64,000 nucleotides of DNA from NCBI GenBank assembly GCA_903789415.1, contig CAIFEG010000004.1:1-64000 (forward strand), written 5' to 3'. Shown here piece after piece: positions 18,278 through 27,583 of the stretch; the first letter of the stretch is position 1; each line of letters begins with the position of its first letter. Made by a program: the position numbers and the translations under genes. The notes beneath the pieces are model-generated. The model did not search any database and had not been told where the DNA came from. It saw nothing but the letters and a program-made list of their open reading frames with translations. The stretch is from an uncultured Eggerthellaceae bacterium (GTDB lineage Bacteria; Actinomycetota; Coriobacteriia; Coriobacteriales; Eggerthellaceae).

Positions 18278-19372
18278 CTATGATCGAGAAGCGTGGGCGT
18301 GCTGATAATCACGCATGAATTTTGCTAAGACTTTGCAGTCGTCCATCGTGACCGCGTTATACGTAGAGACGCGACAGCCTCCGACGCTGCGGTGACCCTT
18401 CACGCCGATGAGGTTCTGCTTGGCTGCTTCGGCTGCAAAATCAGCTTCAAGTTCGGGTGTTGCCATATTGAATGTGATGTTCATCAGGCTGCGCGAACCT
18501 GGGCGGGCGTGGCCTTTATAAAAGCCATCGCTCTCGTCGATAACCGAATAGATAAGCCCCGCCTTTTCCTTGTTGATCTCGTACATTGCGTCAAGGCCGC
18601 CGAGGTTTTTAAGCCATTTAGCCACCTTGCCAAGAAAATAGATGTTGAAAACCGGTGGGGTGTTGTAAGTGGAATCCTTTTCGACAAACGTCTTGTACTG
18701 CAGGTATGGAGCGATATCGGTACGCGCGCGGCGGAGCAGTTCATCCTTGATAATTACGACCACACAGCCCGCAGGTCCCACATTTTTCTGAATGCCCGCA
18801 TAAATAAGATCGAAGTTCGACACGTCGACTGGACGGCTTAAAAAGTCGCTCGACATGTCTGCAAACAGCGGCACATCGAAGTGCGGGAACTGCCACCATT
18901 CTGTGCCATGGATCGTGTTGTTTACCGTGATATGTACGTAGTCGGTGTCAGGCTTCAGAACCCAGGTGCCACTCGCGGGAATTTCCGGAATGTAGCTGAA
19001 ATTATCATCTTTGCTTGACGCAAGTTCATAGGTTTCGCCATAAAACGAGGCTGCGGCCTCGGCTTTTGTTGCCCACGAGCCGGTGTTTATATATGCGCCC
19101 CGATGAATCAGGAAGTTTTGCGCATGCAAAATAAACTGCATGGAGCCACCGCCCTGCATAAACAGCACATGGTAACCATCCGGGATCTTCAGCAGGTCTT
19201 TGATGTCTTGTTCGGTTTCGGTCTGCATCTCCTGGTATTCGGGGCTGCGATGTGAGATTTCGACGATGCTCATTCCCGTTCCTTTGTAATCAAGGAACTC
19301 TTGCTGCACTTCCTTGAGTACGGGAAGCGGCATAGCGGCAGGACCTGGATTGAAGATATGAGCACGAGTCAT
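18278..19372 (-). CDS. serC: Phosphoserine aminotransferase.
   Basis: Starts MTRAHIFNPGPAAMP (SerC signature). The internal ATG at 19372 has a GGAGA SD. The ORF-track start at 19438 is probably too far upstream. Confidence 0.9.
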   Translation of the reverse strand: MTRAHIFNPGPAAMPLPVLKEVQQEFLDYKGTGMSIVEISHRSPEYQEMQTETEQDIKDLLKIPDGYHVLFMQGGGSMQFILHAQNFLIHRGAYINTGSWATKAEAAASFYGETYELASSKDDNFSYIPEIPASGTWVLKPDTDYVHITVNNTIHGTEWWQFPHFDVPLFADMSSDFLSRPVDVSNFDLIYAGIQKNVGPAGCVVVIIKDELLRRARTDIAPYLQYKTFVEKDSTYNTPPVFNIYFLGKVAKWLKNLGGLDAMYEINKEKAGLIYSVIDESDGFYKGHARPGSRSLMNITFNMATPELEADFAAEAAKQNLIGVKGHRSVGGCRVSTYNAVTMDDCKVLAKFMRDYQHAHASRS

Positions 19373-19501
19373 AGAAATCTCCTTCGTGTTGCAGTTGGTG
19401 TTCGTCCATTGTGCAACGGCAGGTGCAGGAGGCGGCAACTCTTTTTAAGAGCGGCGCGAAATTCCTGCGGAAAGGCTGGCGGCATCTATGCAAGATGACC
19501 T

Positions 19502-20878
19502 TTATGCGGTCAGTGTATTAATTGGTAATACATACACACCATCATTTGTGCGCTGACGAGCATACGTGCCCTTACCCACCACAACTGCCAAAAAGACAGG
19601 ATCAGGATTTCGAGCAGCAGTGTTGGCTTTTACCTTGTCACGCAGTCGCAGCAGATTGGCCGCAGCTTGGTCTGTTTTTGCTTCGCCGAGCTTTACTTCT
19701 AAGGCTGCCCACCGACCGTCGCGCAATTCGATGATGATATCGGCTTCAAGTCCATCTGCGTCTGAATAATAACGAAGTGGCTGTGTTTGTGCTCCCGGTA
19801 AAAGACTCGCGTACACTTCAAGATCGTGCACACAAAGTGATTCAAACAATATGCCGAAAAGTTGCCCGTCTTGTAGCAAACGTTCGGGGGATACTGCTAA
19901 AAGAGATGCTGCCATTGAAGGGTCATCAAGATAGCGTTTTGGCTTCGTGCGTACGCGGGAGCGAGAGCGCACAGGTGCATCCCAGCCGGGCAGTGTCTCG
20001 ATGAAGTAGTTTAACTCGAAACCTGTGAGGTACGATGACACTGTTTCAGGTGAAGGCGGATTATCCGACCCTTCTGCAGCATCCATCGCAAGGGTCTGTA
20101 ATGTGGCGCTTGTCCCCACATTGCGCGCGAGAGCAAGGGCAATTCGCCTGCTGAGCTGGGGATCTCTTCCAAGGCGCCGCATACTGATATTAAAAAGCGC
20201 GGAAAGATACTCGTCTACAGATGCCTGTGCACGTTCAAGTGGTTGGTTGATCAGGGCTGGCCAGCCGCCGTGACAAATGATTTCTGCGAGTTGCTCTAGG
20301 GTGAGTTTCGATTGCTGGGGCGCAAATTTCCCTTCAAACAAATCAGCTAATGAAACAGTTCCGCTTGAAATACCGAGTTCTGCCAATGTCATGGTGTGCA
20401 TGCGAATGCGTCCGATGCGTCCTGCGCCGCTATGACGATTTTCTTTGTCGAGCGGAGTTGAAGAACCAGTAAGAATGAACTGTCCGGGGGTGTTGGAAGA
20501 ATCGTCAATGCTGTGCCGCACATGGTTCCATATTGTTGGCACGTCCTGCCATTCGTCAACTGCATGGGGCTGATCGCCAATGAGAGCAAGCTCGGGCTCT
20601 TCGGTATAGATCTCAGGATTTTCATCTACCCGTGTGATGCTGCGAGCGAATGCTTCAGATGTCCATGACTTTCCGCACCAGCGTGTTCCACATACTTCAA
20701 TCGCACCAAACTCTTTCAGGCGCTTTTCCATGAGGCGGTCAACAAGGCGTGGTATGTATGTGTCGCGTTTTAAGGGTCCGTAGGCAGACATGTTGGACTT
20801 CCAATCAAACAGTGCAGATACCTGTAAATTGTTTAACCTCATTATAAGGCAATCGTGCTTTTCGAGGATTCTCAACAT
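19502..20878 (-). CDS. AAA-family ATPase with DUF4143 domain (AAA_14/DUF4143 type).
   Basis: Walker A GTRWCGKS. Typical DUF4143-family architecture, 458 aa. Confidence 0.65.
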   Translation of the reverse strand: MLRILEKHDCLIMRLNNLQVSALFDWKSNMSAYGPLKRDTYIPRLVDRLMEKRLKEFGAIEVCGTRWCGKSWTSEAFARSITRVDENPEIYTEEPELALIGDQPHAVDEWQDVPTIWNHVRHSIDDSSNTPGQFILTGSSTPLDKENRHSGAGRIGRIRMHTMTLAELGISSGTVSLADLFEGKFAPQQSKLTLEQLAEIICHGGWPALINQPLERAQASVDEYLSALFNISMRRLGRDPQLSRRIALALARNVGTSATLQTLAMDAAEGSDNPPSPETVSSYLTGFELNYFIETLPGWDAPVRSRSRVRTKPKRYLDDPSMAASLLAVSPERLLQDGQLFGILFESLCVHDLEVYASLLPGAQTQPLRYYSDADGLEADIIIELRDGRWAALEVKLGEAKTDQAAANLLRLRDKVKANTAARNPDPVFLAVVVGKGTYARQRTNDGVYVLPINTLTA

Positions 20879-20972
20879 CGATTTTCGAGGAAATTCAACC
20901 GTGATTTTCGAGTGGCTTCAATCGGTATTTTCGAGCCATATCATTCGTGTTTTTCGAAAACCTCAGCTATTT
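20858..20972. repeat. Five tandem 23-bp repeats (ATTTTCGAG-N5-TCAA-N5) with period exactly 23 bp. They begin on the start codon of the DUF4143 ATPase and run upstream.
   Basis: Copies begin at 20858, 20881, 20904, 20927 and 20950. Confidence 0.85.
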
Positions 20973-22534
20973 TGCTGCTCCCTCATTCTCTTTTCGGTTT
21001 CTGATTCGCCCTGCAAGCGCAGTACCGCATCCTTGAGCGCTTTTCCGATGGACACGCCCACTTTTGCGGCGAGGGCAAAGAACGTGACGTACTCAAGACG
21101 CCCTGCCCACATCTCAATGATATAGACAATTTCCAGGCCAGCAGGCATTCCTGGTGCAGCAATTCCCGTGGTAATGCCGCCGTTTGCTGCCATTGCGATG
21201 CTTTCAACCATCGAATCAAGCGCGTTATTTCCGCAGGCAATTCCGCTGAGGGTACCCACCACATATGCGACGATGAACAGCAGGAATACGGTCATTGCGT
21301 TTTTGACCTCGGTGTTGTCTAGAATACGTCGGCCCATGTGATAGTACGAGGTATTCAGGCGAACCGAAGATGGTTCGACGGCACGACGAATGGTTATCCA
21401 AGCTGCTTTTACCACCATTCCTAAGCGCATGAATTTAATACCGCCTGATGTTGACCCGGCGCCTGCGCCAATAGCCATCGCAATCGCAATTACAAACATC
21501 CCGCCACCAGGCATTGCATCGTTCATCTGGCTTTGGCTTAACAGCCCGACTCCGGTAGAGGTTCCGGCGGAAATAATCGTGAAGAATCCCATGCGCAACA
21601 TCGTCGTGACATTGCTCATGAACGGGGAATTCGCCATGATAATCGCCAGTATAAGCGTGAGCGACATCCACCAAATGATGCCGGTGCGCGTTTCGATGTC
21701 TTTAAAAAAGTCGCGTATGCGGCCATTCTGCATTGCAATTTGAAGCGAGAAGTTTGTGCCACCGAAAAGCATCACAATCATCATGATGAATTCAAGCACC
21801 ACCGAGTGGTAGGAAACTAAGTTGATCTGCGTGGGCACGAGGCCACCCGTGTCATAGCAGGTGATCGACAACCACAGGGAATGTAACACGGAGTTTTCCA
21901 ATGAAAGATCTTTTGCGAGCATGATGATGGTGCACACGATCGTGGACACAAGAATAACTACCGCGGATGTGCGAAGCATGAGTCGTGCAGACGTCATGAG
22001 GTTTGGGATTACGTGTTCGTTTCGCCCTTCGGCGTTGTAAAGGCTTCCCGCGGCGTGGGAGACACCTCCGAACGAAAGACCGACGACGACGAGCCCTAAG
22101 CCACCGAGGAACTCCATGGTAAAACGCCACATATTGTCGGCATTCGACATGTGATCGAGGTCTTGGACGACGGTCGCACCGGTGGTAGTAAAAGCGGATA
22201 CCGATTCGAATAGTGCATCCAGGTAGGTTTGGTAATGGCCAGAGAAAAATAGAGGAAGCGACCCGATTACACTGATGAAGAACCAGGCAAAACCTGTGAC
22301 GGCAAGTGCTTGCTGTGCCGATAGTTCACCTGGCGTGACATCTATCATGGCCAGACCCAGACCAATGATAAGTGCGATTCCCGCGCAGAATAAATAGCGA
22401 GCTACGGCCTGCCATTCGCCAAAAGCAATGCCCAACACCATGGGCACCAACATGGCTAAACCAGAATACGCAATCAAAAGACCGAGATAATGCGAGACTC
22501 TGCGCAGGTCTGTCGAAGAAAACCGTTGCCACAT
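20963..22534 (-). CDS. trkH: Trk/Ktr-type potassium uptake membrane subunit (TrkH-like).
   Basis: 523 aa. Repeated M1-P-M2 pore motifs with GGxG-like selectivity sequences. Confidence 0.8.
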   Translation of the reverse strand: MWQRFSSTDLRRVSHYLGLLIAYSGLAMLVPMVLGIAFGEWQAVARYLFCAGIALIIGLGLAMIDVTPGELSAQQALAVTGFAWFFISVIGSLPLFFSGHYQTYLDALFESVSAFTTTGATVVQDLDHMSNADNMWRFTMEFLGGLGLVVVGLSFGGVSHAAGSLYNAEGRNEHVIPNLMTSARLMLRTSAVVILVSTIVCTIIMLAKDLSLENSVLHSLWLSITCYDTGGLVPTQINLVSYHSVVLEFIMMIVMLFGGTNFSLQIAMQNGRIRDFFKDIETRTGIIWWMSLTLILAIIMANSPFMSNVTTMLRMGFFTIISAGTSTGVGLLSQSQMNDAMPGGGMFVIAIAMAIGAGAGSTSGGIKFMRLGMVVKAAWITIRRAVEPSSVRLNTSYYHMGRRILDNTEVKNAMTVFLLFIVAYVVGTLSGIACGNNALDSMVESIAMAANGGITTGIAAPGMPAGLEIVYIIEMWAGRLEYVTFFALAAKVGVSIGKALKDAVLRLQGESETEKRMREQQNS

Positions 22535-22849
22535 ACGCTCGTTACCGCTTTCGCCTCAGAGAGGTTTTGCAAGCGACGCCGATGCAGCAGCCGCAAATAT
22601 AGTTGGCGTTGGCATAATCTGAGTTGGCATAATCTGCCCAGGTAATGGTATGTCTTCTTTCCCAAGTCATGTGCTGATTGTAATCCCGGCTTGATTGAAT
22701 TGAAATACATTCACACGTGACCCACGAAATTCCAAAAAAGGGTATCAAAGGGTTTCCGCAACAACTGTGATTTCTGCGTTGTCCAGAATGTGGTGTTGTA
22801 AAGCTTATATATGGCTTACTAAAGGCTTACTAAAAACCTTGCATGAACC

Positions 22850-24106
22850 TTACAACACTTGTGTTTGATCGTGTTCGCGTCTGATTCTTTCGTGCCTGAA
22901 GTGCAGAGCTATTCTCCAGCTTAGAGCGAGCACAAGGTAAATCGTGTTGATCACGACGGCGATGCTTGTACCTGCAGTTGGATGGAAAAATGCCCAGCCG
23001 GCAAGAGCCAGAAGAAGCACACAAACAATTGCTCCGCTGCTTCCCATTGCGTGTATCGGGCCCGTCCAAAAGGCAGTCCGCGCAACGGCGGAAATTGAGG
23101 TGCACAGCGCAAGGCCTTGACCTATGCCCAAAATAACTCCAACTAAAAAGCTTTGCGTGGTGAATGCCTGGCTTACTGCCCAGCTCACAAAAAGTAATAT
23201 TGCTGCAACAAGAGATGCCGAGAATTCAGCTTGTTTTTCGAGCTCAAGATTGCTTTTCGTATTGTTACTCCTGCATATAAGCAAAAGGACGATGCTGCTT
23301 ACAATGGTGCCGATTGAACTTGCAATCTCATTGCGGGCGCTTCCTATAAATGAGCCCTGAGCTGCAACGTCGCCCCATGAGCATGCGCAAACTGCCCAAT
23401 AAAGAACCAACACGCCAAGCGCTAGCGTCGCACGTTGTCCGTCTTCGCGCTTGAGAATATGCGTTGGAATGATCGATTTCTCCTGTGTGTCTTTCGCAAG
23501 AACTGCCAAGTATCCTTCCGGTGTCGTTTCTACAATGCCTGGAAGGGGAATGGAAGAAATCACGAGAAGCGTCAGGGCTTTTGTGGTGGTATCTAGCACC
23601 GGCGCAATCGCCATGGTGATGAGCACAAATACGCTGCCAAGCAACACCGATGCGGCCACATTCGGAAGAATCTGCTTCCCCGATAATTGTGCGTATGCGC
23701 AGGTCCACAAAAGAAGTAAAAGCGCGCCCCCAATGCCGATTAAAATTGCCGAAATAATGGTTAGGGGCATAACAGAAGCATAGGGAACGACCGTACAAAT
23801 CATGTACAATACGGTGCCTGAAAGCAAAAGTAATGAGCACAAAATAGTTGGTGGCCGAGTATTCGCGCCATGTCGGGTGTATATGGCTTCGAGAAGCAAA
23901 GTCACTGCACAGGTTACCAGCGCGAGAATCAGAAACATCGCAGGTATCTGAATTGGCTGTACTGCCGAATTCGAAGGCGTCGGATACGCCGTCATAAGAT
24001 ATGCTGCCGCAATCGGCAAGCAAAGAAACAAATAAGGGAACTCGATGCCGCTGAGAGAACTCTTCTGCGAGCTCTTCTGCTGATCTTTCTGTGATGACTG
24101 CGGCAA
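22850..24106 (-). CDS. Polytopic integral membrane protein, function unknown.
   Basis: 418 aa, about 12 hydrophobic helices, no recognisable signature. Confidence 0.45.
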   Translation of the reverse strand: MPQSSQKDQQKSSQKSSLSGIEFPYLFLCLPIAAAYLMTAYPTPSNSAVQPIQIPAMFLILALVTCAVTLLLEAIYTRHGANTRPPTILCSLLLLSGTVLYMICTVVPYASVMPLTIISAILIGIGGALLLLLWTCAYAQLSGKQILPNVAASVLLGSVFVLITMAIAPVLDTTTKALTLLVISSIPLPGIVETTPEGYLAVLAKDTQEKSIIPTHILKREDGQRATLALGVLVLYWAVCACSWGDVAAQGSFIGSARNEIASSIGTIVSSIVLLLICRSNNTKSNLELEKQAEFSASLVAAILLFVSWAVSQAFTTQSFLVGVILGIGQGLALCTSISAVARTAFWTGPIHAMGSSGAIVCVLLLALAGWAFFHPTAGTSIAVVINTIYLVLALSWRIALHFRHERIRREHDQTQVL

Positions 24107-24293
24107 AATAAAATCCCCTCATAAAATTTGTACAATATTCACATATTCTACTACTTCACAACTTAAACACATACGACAAAATGCCAGGTGAACAGCTCCA
24201 TAGAGACGCCGTTCTATTGATAACCTGGCAAAACAGCAAATATATAGAAATCAAAACTCGTCTTAAATACAGTAGAAGCATGAAATACAGACG

Positions 24294-26864
24294 ATGAATG
24301 AAAGACGAAAGGGTAAAACAATGGGAGCTGATCGCAGAAAACCTATTGAAGAACCTACGCAAATTGAAATCCATGGTGCCCGTGTGCACAACTTGAAAGA
24401 TATCGATGTTTCCATTCCGCTTCATAAGCTTGTGGGTATCGCAGGTGTGTCGGGATCGGGAAAGAGCTCGCTTGCTATTGGCATTCTGTATGCCGAAGGG
24501 TCGCGCAGATATCTTGAAGCACTTTCGACATTTACGCGTCGCCGCCTGACGCAAGCATCTTCGGCGGATGTCGATTCAATCGAGCATGTTCCGGCGGCAA
24601 TCGCCTTACACCAGCGTCCTGGCGTCCCGGGCATTCGCAGCACTTTCGGTACGCAAACCGAATTGCTCAATGGGCTCCGCCTGTTGTTTAGCCGCGTCGG
24701 AAGCTATGTGTGTCCCAATGGTCACCGCGTTCCGGCTTCGATGGCGGTGGCGCTTGAGCAGCCCATCGTCTGCCCTGTGTGTGGCGCGAAATTCCACGGA
24801 CTTTCGGCGGAAGATTTGGCATTTAATTCGCAGGGAGCATGCCCTACCTGCGGGGGAACCGGCATTGTTCGCCAAGTGGATGAGTCAACGCTTGTGCCTG
24901 ATGAAACGAAAACCATTGATGAAGGAGCCGTGGCACCCTGGCAGCAGCTTATGTGGAAGTTGATGACGCAGGTCGCCGCCCAAATGGGGGTTCGCACCGA
25001 TGTGCCGTTTAAGGATTTAACGCCACGCGAAAAAGACATCGTGTTTCATGGACCTGCCGAAAAGCGAAAGATTCTTTATCAGAATAAAGATGGACAAGCG
25101 GGCGAGCTCAACTTTACGTATTTCAATGCGGTATATACCGTGGAAAATGCGCTGAACAGGGCAAAGGATGAGCGTGGTCTGAAGCGTGTGTCCAAATTTT
25201 TAAAAGAGGGGCCGTGTCCCGATTGTCATGGTTCGCGCCTGTCTAAGGAAGCGCGTACGCCAACAATTGATGGCAAAAACTTAGCCGATGCCACCGACAT
25301 GACGCTTGAAGAATTGAATGGGTGGCTGGCTGGCGTTCCCGATACACTGCCCAAAGTGGTACGCCCGATGGCGCGTCAAATTATCGCATCGATGCAGGGC
25401 ACGATGCATCGTCTGTTGCAGCTGGGCCTGTCGTACCTTGCGCTTTCCCGTGCCTCTTCAACGCTTTCGACGGGCGAGCGTCAACGTGTGCAACTCGCGC
25501 GTGCGGTTCGCAGCCATATAACCGGCGTACTGTATGTGCTCGATGAGCCGACGATTGGTTTGCATCCGTCCAACGTCGATGGCCTCATGGGTGTGGTCGA
25601 CGACCTGTTGGCTGATGGGAACACCGTGGTCATGGTTGATCACGATGTTCGTGTGTTGCGTCGCGTCAATCACCTTATAGAAATTGGACCTGCGTCGGGA
25701 GCGCAAGGTGGGCAGGTAATTGCGCAAGGCAGCGTTGATCAGGTTGAACATATGAAGGCTTCCCGTATTGCACCATTTTTGAGTGGTGCCGAACGAGTTT
25801 CCGTGCGCAACCGATGTGACGCTGACGAAATGTTTGAGCATGGCGAAATCCACCTTGTCACCGGTGCAATTCACACGGTTCATCCCCTTGATGTGCGCTT
25901 TCCTCGCGGGCGTCTTTCTGTGGTTACGGGCGTTTCTGGATCAGGGAAAACAACGATGGTCTTGGAAAGTCTGGTTGCGGGGCTGCAGGCACGCAACAAC
26001 GCTTCGGCGCTTCCTTCGCATGTGAAAAAGATCGAAGCCGAGGGGATCAAACACGTTCACTTGATTGATGCGACGCCCATTGGGGTAAATGTGCGCTCGA
26101 CAGTGGCGACGTATTCCGGCGTGCTTGATGGCTTGCGTCGGGCGTTTGCGGCGACGCCCGAAGCGAAAAAGTCAGGGCACAAGGCAGGGGACTTTTCCTA
26201 CAACACGGGAAAATTGCGCTGCCCCACCTGCGATGGCACGGGCTCGATTTCTTTGGATGTGCAATTTTTGCCCGATGTTGAAATCGAATGTCCTGACTGC
26301 CATGGAAGCCGATATGGAAAAGAGGCTGATCAGATCACCCTTCCAGCAAAATCTGAAGATGGCACAGACGTGCGTCTTTCGATTGCACAGGTGTTGGCTC
26401 TTACCGTTGACCAAGCGCTTGAACAGCTACCTGACATAAAGGGTGTCACACATAAGCTGCAGGTGCTGCACAACATTGGCTTGGGATACCTCACGTTGGG
26501 AGAATCAACACCGGCACTTTCTGGTGGTGAAGCGCAGCGGCTAAAGCTTGCAAGTCAGATGTCCCGTGATCAGTCGGATGCGTTGTTCGTCTTCGACGAG
26601 CCGACCATTGGATTGCACCCTCTTGATGTGGGGGTTCTCCTCAGTGTGCTCGAACACCTGATTGATAAGGGCGCCACGGTGGTCGTCATTGAGCATGACT
26701 TAGATATGATGGCGAACGCTGATTACATCATAGATATGGGACCTGGCGGCGGCACCGCAGGCGGGCGTATCGTGTGCGCAGGAACGCCGGAAGAGGTGTG
26801 CGCGTGCAAAGAAAGCGTCACGGGCAAATATCTGAAACAAGAGCTTGAGCAGGGAAATTCGTAG
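24294..26864 (+). CDS. UvrA-family double-ABC ATPase, class II type (lacks the UvrB-binding domain). Alternative start at ATG 24321.
   Basis: Two ABC modules with Walker A (GVSGSGKSS, GVSGSGKTT), ABC signatures and Zn-finger CxxC pairs. Only ~20 aa separate RVGSYVCPNGH from CPVCGAKF, where canonical UvrA carries a ~130-aa UvrB-binding insert. Confidence 0.8.
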   Translation: MNERRKGKTMGADRRKPIEEPTQIEIHGARVHNLKDIDVSIPLHKLVGIAGVSGSGKSSLAIGILYAEGSRRYLEALSTFTRRRLTQASSADVDSIEHVPAAIALHQRPGVPGIRSTFGTQTELLNGLRLLFSRVGSYVCPNGHRVPASMAVALEQPIVCPVCGAKFHGLSAEDLAFNSQGACPTCGGTGIVRQVDESTLVPDETKTIDEGAVAPWQQLMWKLMTQVAAQMGVRTDVPFKDLTPREKDIVFHGPAEKRKILYQNKDGQAGELNFTYFNAVYTVENALNRAKDERGLKRVSKFLKEGPCPDCHGSRLSKEARTPTIDGKNLADATDMTLEELNGWLAGVPDTLPKVVRPMARQIIASMQGTMHRLLQLGLSYLALSRASSTLSTGERQRVQLARAVRSHITGVLYVLDEPTIGLHPSNVDGLMGVVDDLLADGNTVVMVDHDVRVLRRVNHLIEIGPASGAQGGQVIAQGSVDQVEHMKASRIAPFLSGAERVSVRNRCDADEMFEHGEIHLVTGAIHTVHPLDVRFPRGRLSVVTGVSGSGKTTMVLESLVAGLQARNNASALPSHVKKIEAEGIKHVHLIDATPIGVNVRSTVATYSGVLDGLRRAFAATPEAKKSGHKAGDFSYNTGKLRCPTCDGTGSISLDVQFLPDVEIECPDCHGSRYGKEADQITLPAKSEDGTDVRLSIAQVLALTVDQALEQLPDIKGVTHKLQVLHNIGLGYLTLGESTPALSGGEAQRLKLASQMSRDQSDALFVFDEPTIGLHPLDVGVLLSVLEHLIDKGATVVVIEHDLDMMANADYIIDMGPGGGTAGGRIVCAGTPEEVCACKESVTGKYLKQELEQGNS

Positions 26865-26929
26865 GTTTTCCCGCGGGCGTTTGAGCTGGGAAAGCAAGAG
26901 TGAAGTGGCTTCTTGAGCCAAGTGGACAG

Positions 26930-27580
26930 CTAATTCGCTCGAAAATGCGGGAGCGTGCGCAGAACCTTCCACAGGTGCGCTTTCCCTTTTTGAGCTTCAA
27001 GCATGGTATCGATATTGTTCAGTGGAGCTACGCTTCGTCCAAAGACGCGGGCGGGCTCCATGGGCATAATTTGCGTGTGATACGCTTCTGCAAGAAGATG
27101 GGTTGCCTTGTCATCGCAGGTCACAAGGCATACAGGATCAAGCCCTTCGACGATTTCAAAAAGTTGATCGCTAGAGATTATTACTTTATTTGTCTCATCA
27201 CGATTTTTGGGCCCTCGATTATCTGACTTTTCGAGTCCAGAAACATCCACATAGGTAACTGGGTCAGCTCCATAGTTGAATGATTCGGCTGTTTTGGTGA
27301 GCGCATTCTTTGCGGCATCGGAAAGCGGTTCGCTTGTAAGCGCCACAAATAATCCCGTGCTTGATCCCGAAATTATCTGGGCATACTTTTCCAAGATATG
27401 CTGTCGAGACACAGAATATGATTGCGATGCACTCTGCTTGGTTAGGCTTGAAGTGACAGTTGGACGACCCATGTTTGCCGGAGCAGTGGTTGCTTTGTTT
27501 GCGCTTGTTGCGTGGTTCGCGCCTGTTGTGTTGATCTTGCGATGCGGGGATGTCGATGAATTTTGCGCCATCATAGCCAC
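26930..27580 (-). CDS. Hypothetical protein (216 aa) downstream of the VanW-family gene.
   Basis: ORF only. S/T/N-rich N-terminus. No motif recognised. Confidence 0.35.
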   Translation of the reverse strand: MAMMAQNSSTSPHRKINTTGANHATSANKATTAPANMGRPTVTSSLTKQSASQSYSVSRQHILEKYAQIISGSSTGLFVALTSEPLSDAAKNALTKTAESFNYGADPVTYVDVSGLEKSDNRGPKNRDETNKVIISSDQLFEIVEGLDPVCLVTCDDKATHLLAEAYHTQIMPMEPARVFGRSVAPLNNIDTMLEAQKGKAHLWKVLRTLPHFRAN

Positions 27581-27583
27581 CTC

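Noticed and set aside
22535-22850. Possible c-di-AMP (ydaO-type) riboswitch in the long leader of the trkH-like K+ transporter gene.
   Set aside because: The reverse-complemented leader was read for the conserved ydaO motifs (ACGGGG..., GGGUGAAUC-type elements) and none were recognisable. Only TTATGCCAAC and GGCTTACTAAA direct repeats were found. This cannot be supported without a covariance-model scan.
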